Shown here in pieces: positions 46,090 to 55,416 of a stretch of 64,000 bases of DNA. The translations under genes and the position numbers were made by a program. The notes below the pieces were generated by a model. The model was not told the DNA's origin and did no database searches. It saw only the letters and a list, made by a program, of their open reading frames with translations. This DNA is from a virus (Duplodnaviria > Heunggongvirae > Uroviricota > Caudoviricetes). The stretch lies in the IMG/VR virus record IMGVR_UViG_3300042349_000626. The stretch is one strand, 5' to 3'. The stretch's first letter is position 1. Each line of letters starts with the position of its first letter.

Positions 46090-46297
46090 CCTCGAAAAAC
46101 TATTAGAAAAACATAGTAGACGCCCACCATCGTTGTGGAATGTGATGAGACATGAGTTGGGATACTCTATTGATATGTGCGATGAGATTGTGTCTGCTGT
46201 TGAAGAATGGTTGCCACCAGAACATCCCACGAATGACTATCAATGGAATAAATGTGTTAGAATGATTCGTGAGAAACTTTGGGATCAACCAGAATGA
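46082..46297 (+). CDS. hypothetical protein
   Basis: ORF. Confidence 0.4.
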   Translation: MTDLEKLLEKHSRRPPSLWNVMRHELGYSIDMCDEIVSAVEEWLPPEHPTNDYQWNKCVRMIREKLWDQPE

Positions 46298-46488
46298 CTA
46301 AAGAACAAATTGAAATCTTACGATCACTCATCCGTGGTGAGATTGAAGCAGCACTGATGAATGAAAATGGGTATCGTTTTGCTTTTGAGCAAGAGCAATC
46401 AAATGATCAAGGATGGGAAACCTTCATAGATAGTTTCACACGACTTAGAATGACAACAACAGGAGGTGATTCAGTTGGGAATGTTTGA
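46294..46488 (+). CDS. hypothetical protein
   Basis: ORF, ATGA-coupled. Confidence 0.4.
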   Translation: MTKEQIEILRSLIRGEIEAALMNENGYRFAFEQEQSNDQGWETFIDSFTRLRMTTTGGDSVGNV

Positions 46489-46897
46489 CTATTTCCGATC
46501 ATCGTATGATCTTGGAGAACCATTTACTGAAACTGTGTGTCAATCCAAAACATTTCATGAACACTACAGGGGATCTCTCGATCTATACTGGTTAGATCCA
46601 TCGGGACGCCTGTGGGTTGTTGATGAAACTGACATATCCGACATGGTAGAATCTGATACTGCCTTCCTTGGCTTTGACTGGGTGCCAAACGGCAACCATG
46701 GCAAGGTTACACCTTGTCGGATCTCCAGAACTGTGGTAGTATACCCAGAGCAGTACAAAGGTCGGTGGGAAGACTGGCCCGAGTGCTCTCTCACTTTTTT
46801 CAATGGCAAATTACAACATTATGAAACAAGACCAAGACCTTTTCCCTCACAGCGGATTTCCAGTTCGTCTGGAGTATCAAGATGGCAAGGAACATAG
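46466..46897 (+). CDS. hypothetical protein (3' end overlaps the next gene by 95 nt; tail may be read-through)
   Basis: 143-aa ORF. Confidence 0.4.
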   Translation: MIQLGMFDYFRSSYDLGEPFTETVCQSKTFHEHYRGSLDLYWLDPSGRLWVVDETDISDMVESDTAFLGFDWVPNGNHGKVTPCRISRTVVVYPEQYKGRWEDWPECSLTFFNGKLQHYETRPRPFPSQRISSSSGVSRWQGT

Positions 46898-47198
46898 AAT
46901 CTGTTGGTTTCAATGCCAAAACCATCTGGAAAAGCATTTGACACGGTACAAGATCAAGGCAAAGGATGCTACCATTCATTACCAAGATCCTACTCTTGCT
47001 GTGCCACTTCCTGTAGTGGATAAGGAAGAACCTGTAGAAACTCCGAAGAAACGTGGCAGGAAGCCCAAACAACAACTATTCTCTTCACTAGAACAATTCT
47101 TTGAACCAAATGAAAAAACTGTGGCACCTGTGGGCACTAGCACTGGGGGAGAAAGCACACAAAAAAGACGACGTGGCCGACCGAGTAGCAATCGTTAG
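46803..47198 (+). CDS. AT-hook-containing putative DNA-binding protein
   Basis: KKRGRKPK and RRRGRPS AT-hook-like motifs in a basic C-terminal tail. Confidence 0.45.
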   Translation: MANYNIMKQDQDLFPHSGFPVRLEYQDGKEHRICWFQCQNHLEKHLTRYKIKAKDATIHYQDPTLAVPLPVVDKEEPVETPKKRGRKPKQQLFSSLEQFFEPNEKTVAPVGTSTGGESTQKRRRGRPSSNR

Positions 47199-47305
47199 GA
47201 CAATTATATTTGTTACATATTTTGTGACAAATGCTTTTATCATTGCTGGAGTAGTTCGCCATTGGAACGATGCTCCAGCACAAATTATTATTGAAGGAGT
47301 ACCAG

Positions 47306-47527
47306 ATGAGCAACCAGCAAGAACAAATTTTTTATGATGAAGGAGCATTTTATCTGAAGAAAACTCCATATGGACTTTGGCACTCTTTTGGCAAAGATGA
47401 GAAACCTATCATTACATCTCTCACAGAGGAACAATGTGTTAATGCTACTCGATGCTATCTTAAATGGTTGCAAGAAGGATTTCCCGAAGCACAAAAACAC
47501 GAAGGAGTAGTAGGTGGAAAACTCTAA
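47306..47527 (+). CDS. hypothetical protein
   Basis: ORF; MSNQQEQ start. Confidence 0.4.
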   Translation: MSNQQEQIFYDEGAFYLKKTPYGLWHSFGKDEKPIITSLTEEQCVNATRCYLKWLQEGFPEAQKHEGVVGGKL

Positions 47528-47674
47528 ATATCCATATCATGTGTTGGATCCAACGACACCCTGGTATGATTGGCTATGCTACTGCGAAATTTGTCATCAG
47601 TTACAAGTTGTGAACCAGCCAAAACTTGGTCGGTTTATACGCTATCGTGAGTACCTTAAAGAAGTTGGAATTCT

Positions 47675-48187
47675 ATGAACATCTTTGTCACATCACCATG
47701 GCCAGCAGAATCTGCTTTGTGTCTTCCTGACAAACATATTGTCAAGATGCCATTAGAATGCTGTCAAATGCTTTCGATAGTAGCATCTAAGTGGTATCAC
47801 AATTATGGTCCTCTTCATAAATCCGATGCCACTCCCTATGCTACAGAAAAGGGGGCATTCCGTAATCATCCATGTACACAATGGGCGGCAGAGTCTATCC
47901 ATAATGCCTATTGGCTGATTAAACATGGAATGAATCTATGTGATGAATTTGAACTTCGTTATGGAAAACCACATTCATGTTATTTTACTCTTTTGGAAGC
48001 ATATTACCTGTTTCCCAAGGGCAAAATTACAGAAGTAACACCATTTGCCCGTGCTATGCCAGATGAATTTAAACTTGACACAAGCATTGACACTTTTACT
48101 GCTTACAAGATGTATATTTCGTCCAAACCTTGGGTTGCATCTAATTATCTTCGTATGCCAGAACGTAAGCCCGAGTGGGTAGCATAA
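47675..48187 (+). CDS. conserved-looking hypothetical protein (MNIFVTSPWPAESALCLPDKHIVKMPLECCQMLS..)
   Basis: 170-aa ORF. The N-terminal pattern looks like a recurrent phage family I cannot name. Confidence 0.45.
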   Translation: MNIFVTSPWPAESALCLPDKHIVKMPLECCQMLSIVASKWYHNYGPLHKSDATPYATEKGAFRNHPCTQWAAESIHNAYWLIKHGMNLCDEFELRYGKPHSCYFTLLEAYYLFPKGKITEVTPFARAMPDEFKLDTSIDTFTAYKMYISSKPWVASNYLRMPERKPEWVA

Positions 48188-48189
48188 TT

Positions 48190-48369
48190 ATGTCTGAATA
48201 TAATTTTGAATATGAATCTTTACAGGATAGAATCAGCTATCTTGAGAATGAGGTGGAGCGTCTCAAGTCGGAACTGATTGAGACAGATAATACCATCTAC
48301 GAGATCCTGAACAGGCTTGACACCCTGGATGGAATGACGTATAATAGCGAGAGATTCAAATGGAGATGA
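48190..48369 (+). CDS. small coiled-coil protein
   Basis: ORF; heptad-like LENEVERLKSELIE. Confidence 0.35.
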   Translation: MSEYNFEYESLQDRISYLENEVERLKSELIETDNTIYEILNRLDTLDGMTYNSERFKWR

Positions 48370-48713
48370 CCATGACCACATACAAAGATGTCTGGGACAC
48401 GATGAATGAGCTTGACATGATGACATCCAAAATTGGATATATCAAAACAAGCATTGATACTGCTCTTGAAGCAATTGACAATCGGGATTATCAAAAAGCA
48501 GAATCTTTGATGTTTATGTGTTCTGAATTTGTTGAGTATTATCTTCAAGATTACGATACCAAATTTCAACGTGCTTGGGCAACAACCACCGCTGTTGGCA
48601 AAGAACTTGATGACGTGAGGGCAAAACTCTCTCGCCTTGAAAATCCAGACAATCCTCACTACACAGAAGAAGAAATGGAAGCAATGACCAACGAAATCGA
48701 AATTGAGCAATGA
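48360..48713 (+). CDS. hypothetical protein
   Basis: 117-aa ORF. Confidence 0.4.
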   Translation: MEMTMTTYKDVWDTMNELDMMTSKIGYIKTSIDTALEAIDNRDYQKAESLMFMCSEFVEYYLQDYDTKFQRAWATTTAVGKELDDVRAKLSRLENPDNPHYTEEEMEAMTNEIEIEQ

Positions 48714-48982
48714 AACAAATACATTTGTTTGTACAAGAAGGGTGTCGTCCCTGTCTGTATGCCGAAACACAACTAAAAAAAGTTGAAGGCTGGGAGAATG
48801 TGATTACTATTACGAATGCCAAAGAGAATGGCGAATGGTCTCAGTTTGCCAAAGATTGTGGTGTTGAAGCAACACCAACGCTTGTGGCGTTGATCGATGG
48901 CAACATTGTTGCTCGTATGGCTGGATCACAACATATGACTAGTACATTCTGGGAAACTACAATTTATAATCATGGAAAGTAA
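48710..48982 (+). CDS. thioredoxin/glutaredoxin-fold protein (NrdH/NrdC-like)
   Basis: CxxC active site EGCRPC near the N-terminus. 90 aa, consistent with a small redoxin. Confidence 0.55.
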   Translation: MKQIHLFVQEGCRPCLYAETQLKKVEGWENVITITNAKENGEWSQFAKDCGVEATPTLVALIDGNIVARMAGSQHMTSTFWETTIYNHGK

Positions 48983-49247
48983 TGATCTTTTTGTGTGTCA
49001 GTGTGGTGAGATAGATCATCAACTGGTGCTATCATTTGATGCTGGTCCAGATTTCAATGATACTATTTGGTTTCATGTACATCTGTCTGACCTTGGCATT
49101 TTGAATCGTATCAAATATGCTTTCTTATACATATTTGGTAAAAAATCTAGGTATGGTGGCGGAGCATTTGCTGAGGTTCTACTAGACAAACAAACAACTA
49201 AAGAATTTATTGATACATTAACTAAACACTACGAGGTAATGAAGTAA
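48972..49247 (+). CDS. hypothetical protein
   Basis: ORF. Confidence 0.4.
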   Translation: MESNDLFVCQCGEIDHQLVLSFDAGPDFNDTIWFHVHLSDLGILNRIKYAFLYIFGKKSRYGGGAFAEVLLDKQTTKEFIDTLTKHYEVMK

Positions 49248-49465
49248 TGGCACTGTCCGAATCTGTAGCAACCAGTTTAAAAGAAGCTGAAGCATCGCTT
49301 CGTAATGCTCTTGCTTATGCTGCTCGCCAAGAACGTCCGCTTGTGTGTAAAACCATCTCTGCTATGATTGGGGACATTGATTCTCTCATGAAAATTGATG
49401 AGTTCATCGACAAGCTAGAAGAGCGTATGGATGGTGGCAAGGGCATGTTTGGTCCCTTTACATAA
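49247..49465 (+). CDS. hypothetical protein
   Basis: ORF, TAATG-coupled. Confidence 0.4.
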   Translation: MALSESVATSLKEAEASLRNALAYAARQERPLVCKTISAMIGDIDSLMKIDEFIDKLEERMDGGKGMFGPFT

Positions 49466-49557
49466 CTTCACACAAATATAAAAACATTATAAAGGCATCA
49501 ATACATTTCGATTAAATAGATGTATAATGTGTTGAAACGCTGACACAAGAGGTAACC

Positions 49558-49722
49558 ATGACTCTCCCAAAACAACCAAATAGTAGTCTCAACAATGAAG
49601 AATGGAATGAGATGGTTGCCTTAAGGAACGCCATTCATGACCTTCCCCAGTCAGTTTCTCCAGAAAAAATGGAACAATTTACAGCGTATCTTGTGAGAAG
49701 CATCCGAGAAAATGGTGGGTGA
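49558..49722 (+). CDS. hypothetical protein (54 aa)
   Basis: Hand-translated. RBS AAGAGG lies within a CTGACACAAGAGG motif. Extended -10 TGTATAAT at 49519-49527. Confidence 0.3.
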   Translation: MTLPKQPNSSLNNEEWNEMVALRNAIHDLPQSVSPEKMEQFTAYLVRSIRENGG

Positions 49723-49734
49723 CAGTTGAGCAAG

Positions 49735-49776
49735 TGGCACAGGGGGCTTGACGCCCCCTTTGTTTTGCCCTATATT
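49735..49776 (+). promoter_or_regulatory. composite terminator/promoter: TGGCACA-GGGGGC-[TTGAC]-GCCCCC-TTTGTTTT; TTGACG(49748)-17-TATATT(49771)
   Basis: 6-bp GC stem with the -35 in the loop. Immediately after the stop of ORF 49558. Confidence 0.6.
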
Positions 49777-49801
49777 AAGTGAGTCAACAACAGAGGACCA
49801 C

Positions 49802-50257
49802 ATGGCAACCCGCTCACGAATCGGCATCATGCTTCCCGACGAATCTGTGCTCTCGGTGTACCACCACTGGGATGGCTACCCAGAGTGGCTTGGTCGTATT
49901 CTCAAGACCCACTACAACAGCCGTGAGAAAGCGTCTGAACTGATCGACGGCGGTGATATGAGTTCCTGCTGGACTGAAGATCGTTGGACTACTGAAACCA
50001 TTCAGTTGAATCCTTATGTTTCTGAAGCAAATACTTCTACGAAAGAAGTAGAATACGGTCCTCAGTATTATTCTCAGCGTGGCGATGATTGCCCCCCTCG
50101 GCATGATGACAACAAGTATGATTATCTTGCCGATGGCGAGGAGTATGCTTACCTGTTCACTCTCGATGGCGAGTGGATCTGCTATGATCGCCACCAGTTT
50201 GAAGAGAACACTATGCCCACCATTGCTGAGATTCCTTCGGGAGCACTGGCAGTCTGA
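49802..50257 (+). CDS. hypothetical protein (true start ATG 49802 with GAGGA RBS; the track's 49748 start runs through the promoter)
   Basis: 151-aa ORF. Leader contains GAGTCAACAACAG. Confidence 0.5.
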   Translation: MATRSRIGIMLPDESVLSVYHHWDGYPEWLGRILKTHYNSREKASELIDGGDMSSCWTEDRWTTETIQLNPYVSEANTSTKEVEYGPQYYSQRGDDCPPRHDDNKYDYLADGEEYAYLFTLDGEWICYDRHQFEENTMPTIAEIPSGALAV

Positions 50258-50261
50258 CAAC

Positions 50262-50304
50262 TGGCACACACCACCCCACAACGGGGTGGTTTCACCCCTA
50301 TAAT
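50262..50304 (+). promoter_or_regulatory. composite element, hairpin-abutting variant: TGGCACA-CCACCCC/GGGGTGG hairpin-TATAAT(50299)
   Basis: Same stop-TGGCACA-hairpin-(-10) layout as 62830-62873, with no TTGACA. Confidence 0.45.
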
Positions 50305-50327
50305 GAGTAGGTACTCAAGCAAACGAC

Positions 50328-50489
50328 ATGGTTACTGACACCACCCAAGACGCTCAGATCCGCCACACCATCCGAATGGCAGTGCTGGACATGGATCTCC
50401 GTCTGCTCCAGCGTATTGCCTACGAGGTTCGTTGTGAAGAGATGGGTATTCACCCTGATACTTGGCAACTGTTCCCCATTGAAGACTGA
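50328..50489 (+). CDS. hypothetical protein (53 aa)
   Basis: Hand-translated ORF downstream of the element. Confidence 0.3.
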   Translation: MVTDTTQDAQIRHTIRMAVLDMDLRLLQRIAYEVRCEEMGIHPDTWQLFPIED

Positions 50490-50514
50490 TTGTAAACCTT
50501 ATTATTTTATTACC

Positions 50515-50664
50515 ATGAGCAAGCAACTTCTGATCTCCATGCTTCGTAAAGGCGCCAACGGTCAAGAAATTCTCAACATTCTTGACGTTATTGCCAGTGA
50601 TACTGTGACAGAAGACAACAGCGAATCTTTCGCTGCTCCTACCCTCGACGAAATTTCTTTCTGA
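50515..50664 (+). CDS. hypothetical protein (49 aa)
   Basis: Hand-translated. Confidence 0.3.
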   Translation: MSKQLLISMLRKGANGQEILNILDVIASDTVTEDNSESFAAPTLDEISF

Positions 50665-50666
50665 TT

Positions 50667-50951
50667 ATGATTTCTCTTCCCGTGATCGACCAACCAATCG
50701 TTGAAGATACGAATGATAATCTTCACATTGATCAGAATGATCTTAACATTACACTGACTTATACTGAGCATGAAATGCTCTGTGATGTATTGCTTCAAGC
50801 AGTTGAAATTATTAGTTTTGCTTGTCCTTATGGGTATTTTGATTTGCCCATGGACAGCGAACTGATTCAACGATTCTCTACCATTGAGAATCTTCGTGAA
50901 CGCTTCAATCATGCCTGGTCCGATCGCTTTAACAACAATGAAATTCACTGA
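50667..50951 (+). CDS. hypothetical protein
   Basis: 94-aa ORF. Confidence 0.4.
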   Translation: MISLPVIDQPIVEDTNDNLHIDQNDLNITLTYTEHEMLCDVLLQAVEIISFACPYGYFDLPMDSELIQRFSTIENLRERFNHAWSDRFNNNEIH

Positions 50952-51213
50952 TCTTGACTTCCAACCCCATCCCACCTATGCTACTGATGGGGTTCAAGCA
51001 AAGCACATCTTTCCCAATGGTTATGGTGTGAGTGTGGTACGATTTCCTGGATCCTATGGTTATTCTCAGGATCTGTATGAAGTAGCAGTCATCAAAGGTA
51101 CGGTAGATGACTTTGAACTGTGCTATGATACTCCCATCACTGAGGATGTTCTTGGTCATCGTGATGAGCAAGATGTAGAAATCATTATGGAAGAGGTTGC
51201 TGCTTTGACATGA
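50938..51213 (+). CDS. hypothetical protein (start at internal ATG 50938)
   Basis: ORF, ATGA-coupled to the next gene. Confidence 0.4.
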   Translation: MKFTDLDFQPHPTYATDGVQAKHIFPNGYGVSVVRFPGSYGYSQDLYEVAVIKGTVDDFELCYDTPITEDVLGHRDEQDVEIIMEEVAALT

Positions 51214-51371
51214 TTGCTCGTATTCTTGGTACTGGAGCAGGTGTATTTCTCATCCTGCTGATTCTATTGTCGAGGGGCATTCCAGTATTATTCTTTATGA
51301 AGATGCTGCCCCTCGTTCTTCTTCTTATCGTAGCAGCAGCGTTAATCTACGCGGGTGTTACTTCTGACTAA
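51210..51371 (+). CDS. small two-TM membrane protein (53 aa) directly upstream of the SPFH gene; possible NfeD-like partner
   Basis: Hand-translated MIARILGTGAGVFLILLILLSRGIPVLFFMKMLPLVLLLIVAAALIYAGVTSD. Confidence 0.4.
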   Translation: MIARILGTGAGVFLILLILLSRGIPVLFFMKMLPLVLLLIVAAALIYAGVTSD

Positions 51372-51398
51372 TTCTTGTTCTTTACTCCCTAACTAACT

Positions 51399-52217
51399 AT
51401 GTCTACTGGCAAAATTGTTCTTGGTGCTGGCGGTGTTCTGCTCGCTCTCGTGCTCACTGCTGGTCAATTCACCACCATCAACACTGGCGAAAATGGTCTC
51501 TATGTGGGATTTGATGGTCAGGTGAAGAATGAAGTGCTGACTCCTGGTATTAAATACGATGGTTTCGGTTCTATCAAAGTCTTCAACACTCGTAAGATTA
51601 CTGTTCAATCAGATAACCTGACTCCTAAGACTAAAGACAACACCATCATGAAAGATATGGATGTTGTGGTTACTTATAGTCTGTCTCCCACTTCGCTGTA
51701 TGATTTCTATACTGCTTATGACATGAGTAATCATGGTGTCAGTGAGAATGGACAGATTGAACTGATGGCAAGTTTCATCAAGCGTCTGATTACGTCTGCT
51801 GTGAATCAATCGGTTGACGAATATCCTGCTCTGGATGTAAACAGCAGTCTGGATAAGATTCAGGATACTATCAAACAGAATTTGATTCTTGCTCTGGATA
51901 AGAACAATTTGGGTGGTAAGATTGACATTGAATCTGTTGTGGTTGTGAAGGCAGATCTTCCCGAGGATCTGGTTGCTGCTGTGAACCGTGTGGTGACTGC
52001 TCAATCTGCTGAGAAAGAACAGATTGTGAAGAACCGTACTGCTGAACTGAAATCGAACGAGAACAAATCTCTTGCTTCGACTATCACTCCGTCCTATCTT
52101 GAGTATCAGCGTAATGAGATTCTCCGTGAAGCAATGAAGAATGGTAGCATCCAAAAGATGATTATCGTGAACGGTGCTAAGATGGACATTCTGCCTGGTG
52201 GTTTCGACGGTAAGTGA
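51399..52217 (+). CDS. SPFH/band-7 (stomatin/prohibitin/HflK-C-like) membrane protein
   Basis: N-terminal TM helix, then TINTGENGLYVGFDGQVKNEVLTPGIKY and later blocks typical of SPFH domains. C-terminal coiled-coil region. Confidence 0.6.
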   Translation: MSTGKIVLGAGGVLLALVLTAGQFTTINTGENGLYVGFDGQVKNEVLTPGIKYDGFGSIKVFNTRKITVQSDNLTPKTKDNTIMKDMDVVVTYSLSPTSLYDFYTAYDMSNHGVSENGQIELMASFIKRLITSAVNQSVDEYPALDVNSSLDKIQDTIKQNLILALDKNNLGGKIDIESVVVVKADLPEDLVAAVNRVVTAQSAEKEQIVKNRTAELKSNENKSLASTITPSYLEYQRNEILREAMKNGSIQKMIIVNGAKMDILPGGFDGK

Positions 52218-52219
52218 TT

Positions 52220-52387
52220 ATGATTGAACTCCTCGCCAGTGCTCTTATTGCTTCCAGCAATCAATCCGAGCAAATTAACAAATTCTGTGCTTATGTAGTG
52301 GGTATCCCATATGCTAGTGATAACTTCACTGACGAGGAATGGGAAAGGTTTAAATACTGTAGAGAACGATTAGGATATGATAACTAA
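52220..52387 (+). CDS. hypothetical protein (55 aa)
   Basis: Hand-translated, starts 3 nt after the SPFH stop. Confidence 0.3.
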   Translation: MIELLASALIASSNQSEQINKFCAYVVGIPYASDNFTDEEWERFKYCRERLGYDN

Positions 52388-52586
52388 AGATGGATATGCT
52401 ACGGTCCCCTGGGGGGACCGTTTTGTTTTAATACACAATGGCTTTCAGCTCAGTGATCACAAGACAGATGAGCAAGCAATTGAAGCACTCAAGAAACATA
52501 GGGAGAAAAACAAACCGAAGCCACCCAAACGTGCCAGTAAGAAAACTGGCACACGCTCCAAGTCAAAGGGTAAAATTGACTTATAA
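52377..52586 (+). CDS. small protein with basic K-rich tail
   Basis: 69-aa ORF. Confidence 0.35.
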   Translation: MITKDGYATVPWGDRFVLIHNGFQLSDHKTDEQAIEALKKHREKNKPKPPKRASKKTGTRSKSKGKIDL

Positions 52587-52781
52587 TACATGTAGTTGAG
52601 GAACCACTATGTACAACGTCACAGAAAATCAAGTCAATGAAGCAGTTGAACTTGTATTCGACACACTTCAATTAGAACCTAATTTGGCAAGCGATTTTCA
52701 TAGATTACTTGTTGATTGGTTGGATGTCAATAATGTAGAAATTATCGAATAAAAATAAATAGTTGGAAATGGTAGCATAAA

Positions 52782-54404
52782 ATGTCAGCAACTACTTCCA
52801 TAGAAAGTTTACAGTGCTTCGCATTTGCTTATTATGCTATAAATCCAACTATTACTAATGTTCACCAACAAAATTGGTATGATATATTTGATATAACACA
52901 ATTATCTCAACAAGAAATAAAAAACAAATCTAATTTATTGAGATCTACATATGGCAATCATTTGAGTTCAACGTTTAGTTCAAACATATTTGAAAATGTA
53001 TTGAACCAATATGGAAGCACATTAACAGCTACAGGAAAAGTTAGCATTAGTGAATATGTTAAGAAAGTATATCTTGTTGCCAAGAAAGTTGCTGCCACTT
53101 CTTTATTAGATAAGTGGTCACAATACGTGTTTCTTGATCAATCAGATTCTTTCACTACACTGGTTAAAAATACTGCTTTACAAAGAATCGCTTCAGCATT
53201 TGATATGCTAGGCAAAGATGATTTACTTTCCCCAGTAGATATGTTTGCCGTAAAGAAAACTAAAATTACTACAATTCTTACTGATTTCAACAAGCATATA
53301 ATTAATGCTACCGATGAACAATTGCTAGCAAATACTATTTGGGGTAAAACTGGCAAGAATACATATAGAACTTTATCAAACAAGTATTTCAAATCAAAAT
53401 CTATGATTGGAATATCATTGAAATTACCTGAAGCGATTACTGGATCAGGAATAATAAAAATTGTTGGTACTGAAAATGTTGATTCATCTCTTCTTGGTTT
53501 TGTAGATCCATATACAAAATTGATTGCTGCTATGTTAGCACATCCAACACAAACAAAAAAATTAATTGAGGACGTTATTGATATTGAATTTGATAATTTT
53601 AGAATAACACCTGATTTATTATCATGGGAGTACCCCATTACGTTTAGATATAAAGATGTTGTAGATCCCAGAACAGGATTAGAATTACACAAACAAAATC
53701 TTCGATTTAAATTGATGACATGGAGCAGTCAAGGATTTAATGCTTCGTGGTATAAAGGACAAGAAGCACCAGGAAATTGGACTGGTGGAGCCACAACTAT
53801 TCCTATTGGCGAACTATTTGTTAGATACAATGAATATTCTGGAATTTTAAATGAATTGGTTAAATTAAGAAGAGCAGCATTTTTCTATGCTATTCATGGA
53901 TCTACTAAAGATCCCTCATCAATAATACCTAAAAATTTGAAGTCTGAATATGAGAAGGCATTAAATGATGTGGAAAAGAAAATGATACTCACATCAGACA
54001 AAAGAGCCAACGTGGGCGAAGCAAAGAATTTGATAACGTTTTTGGAGGCATATTCTCCATCTTCCAACAAATATCATGTTTATCAGGAACATCTCATATT
54101 AAGTACAACAAGACCTATGAGAAATTCATCTAGGATTGTAACTAAAGATCCTAAGAGATTGAATGCTCACTACATTGCTTGTCAATGTGCTTGGTTTTTG
54201 TTTAGAGGTGGTCCTTCAATGCACAAATATCTCAAACAAAGAATGTTCTTATCATTGTTTGGTTTAATTACTAAGAGTGGATACAAAATCTTTCAAGGTA
54301 ATGAGAACACTGTTATGGAAGATTACCTCCAGAAATCATTCAAGAAAAACAAGAAGAATTTTGTAGCATACTTCAATGCTGCTCCCCACATCGTATTGTC
54401 ATAG
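52782..54404 (+). CDS. 540-aa hypothetical protein, strongly AT-rich relative to its neighbours (candidate moron)
   Basis: Long clean ORF. I recognise no motifs. Confidence 0.55.
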   Translation: MSATTSIESLQCFAFAYYAINPTITNVHQQNWYDIFDITQLSQQEIKNKSNLLRSTYGNHLSSTFSSNIFENVLNQYGSTLTATGKVSISEYVKKVYLVAKKVAATSLLDKWSQYVFLDQSDSFTTLVKNTALQRIASAFDMLGKDDLLSPVDMFAVKKTKITTILTDFNKHIINATDEQLLANTIWGKTGKNTYRTLSNKYFKSKSMIGISLKLPEAITGSGIIKIVGTENVDSSLLGFVDPYTKLIAAMLAHPTQTKKLIEDVIDIEFDNFRITPDLLSWEYPITFRYKDVVDPRTGLELHKQNLRFKLMTWSSQGFNASWYKGQEAPGNWTGGATTIPIGELFVRYNEYSGILNELVKLRRAAFFYAIHGSTKDPSSIIPKNLKSEYEKALNDVEKKMILTSDKRANVGEAKNLITFLEAYSPSSNKYHVYQEHLILSTTRPMRNSSRIVTKDPKRLNAHYIACQCAWFLFRGGPSMHKYLKQRMFLSLFGLITKSGYKIFQGNENTVMEDYLQKSFKKNKKNFVAYFNAAPHIVLS

Positions 54405-54416
54405 ACACCACACAAA

Positions 54417-54457
54417 CCGTCACGGGGGCTTGACCAGCCCCTTTTTCATGCTATGAT
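54417..54457 (+). promoter_or_regulatory. composite terminator/promoter (degenerate TGGCACA): GGGGC-[TTGACCA]-GCCCC-T5; TTGACC(54430)-16-TATGAT(54452)
   Basis: Hairpin plus U-run followed by a good -10. Just after the stop of ORF 52782. Confidence 0.5.
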
Positions 54458-54482
54458 ACGAGGGTAGTCAAGGGAGACCCCC

Positions 54483-54674
54483 ATGAGCACCACCACTAAG
54501 AAGCCCTATCCCCTGGGCATTGACAACCCCATGATCATTCGTGCTAGGATTGGTACGAGCAAGTGGGAGATCATTGATCGTGAGACTCGCCACTGCCTTG
54601 GTGTCTACCCCAATGAGTTTACTGCCTACGATGCTCGACGTGCCATGCTACGTTACGCTGGTTACGATGCCTGA
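54483..54674 (+). CDS. hypothetical protein
   Basis: 63-aa ORF with AGGGAG RBS. Confidence 0.45.
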   Translation: MSTTTKKPYPLGIDNPMIIRARIGTSKWEIIDRETRHCLGVYPNEFTAYDARRAMLRYAGYDA

Positions 54675-54768
54675 GCACAGTGGGACAGTTCTGAAAGTGG
54701 CACACTGACCACCACAGATCCGTCCCACACACCCTATAATTACAGAGTAATCAACGGAGCACCTTCCC

Positions 54769-55173
54769 ATGAACACCACACTCACCGCTGAGAAAATCGA
54801 AGATTACGCTGTGATGCTGTGTGATGCCCTCTACATGAACCTGAAGAATCAGCAGATTCGCTCTCACCAGCGTTCGATTCGTGAAGAAATCAACATGGAT
54901 TACCATGCTCAAAAGATCGAAGAAATCAAAAATCATGGTCCCAGTGTCGAATTCTATTTTCGTCGTGGTCGTAAGTATCTGAAACTGATCATGAAGGATT
55001 CTGGTGGACAGCAACATGTTCATGCTTTCATTGATCGTAACAACGGTGAAGTATTCAAACCAGCATCATGGTCTGGTCCAGCAAAAGATGTACGTTTCAA
55101 TTTGACACTGGAGCAATCCCGTGAGTGGTTGTATGAACATGCTGATTGGGCAGGAGGTTATCTGTACAAATGA
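54769..55173 (+). CDS. hypothetical protein
   Basis: 134-aa ORF. Confidence 0.45.
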   Translation: MNTTLTAEKIEDYAVMLCDALYMNLKNQQIRSHQRSIREEINMDYHAQKIEEIKNHGPSVEFYFRRGRKYLKLIMKDSGGQQHVHAFIDRNNGEVFKPASWSGPAKDVRFNLTLEQSREWLYEHADWAGGYLYK

Positions 55174-55316
55174 AAACAACTTACGCTTTTTTGGCAGTTG
55201 TAGCCATTCTCGGCTACAACGCCTTTCTCATCAAACGTGACACCCAATTGTTCAAAGCATATGATACAATATGCCAAGAACAACCACACCACCCAAATTG
55301 TAAGTATTCCAAATGA
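55170..55316 (+). CDS. small membrane protein (48 aa)
   Basis: Hand-translated, ATGA-coupled. Confidence 0.3.
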   Translation: MKTTYAFLAVVAILGYNAFLIKRDTQLFKAYDTICQEQPHHPNCKYSK

Positions 55317-55416
55317 TTGAAGAAGAAACACCAATTGATGATCTGTTCATGATGGCACTCGAAGAGAAGGCTGCGGAACTTGAAATCACTGTTGATTACT
55401 ACATTGCTGAGTTTTT

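Noticed and set aside
46466-47198. Programmed frameshift joining ORF 46466 and ORF 46803
   Set aside because: The 95-nt overlap has no slippery heptamer. The downstream ORF has its own ATG and a distinct AT-hook character. The tail of the upstream ORF is low-complexity and looks like ordinary read-through past a short natural gene.
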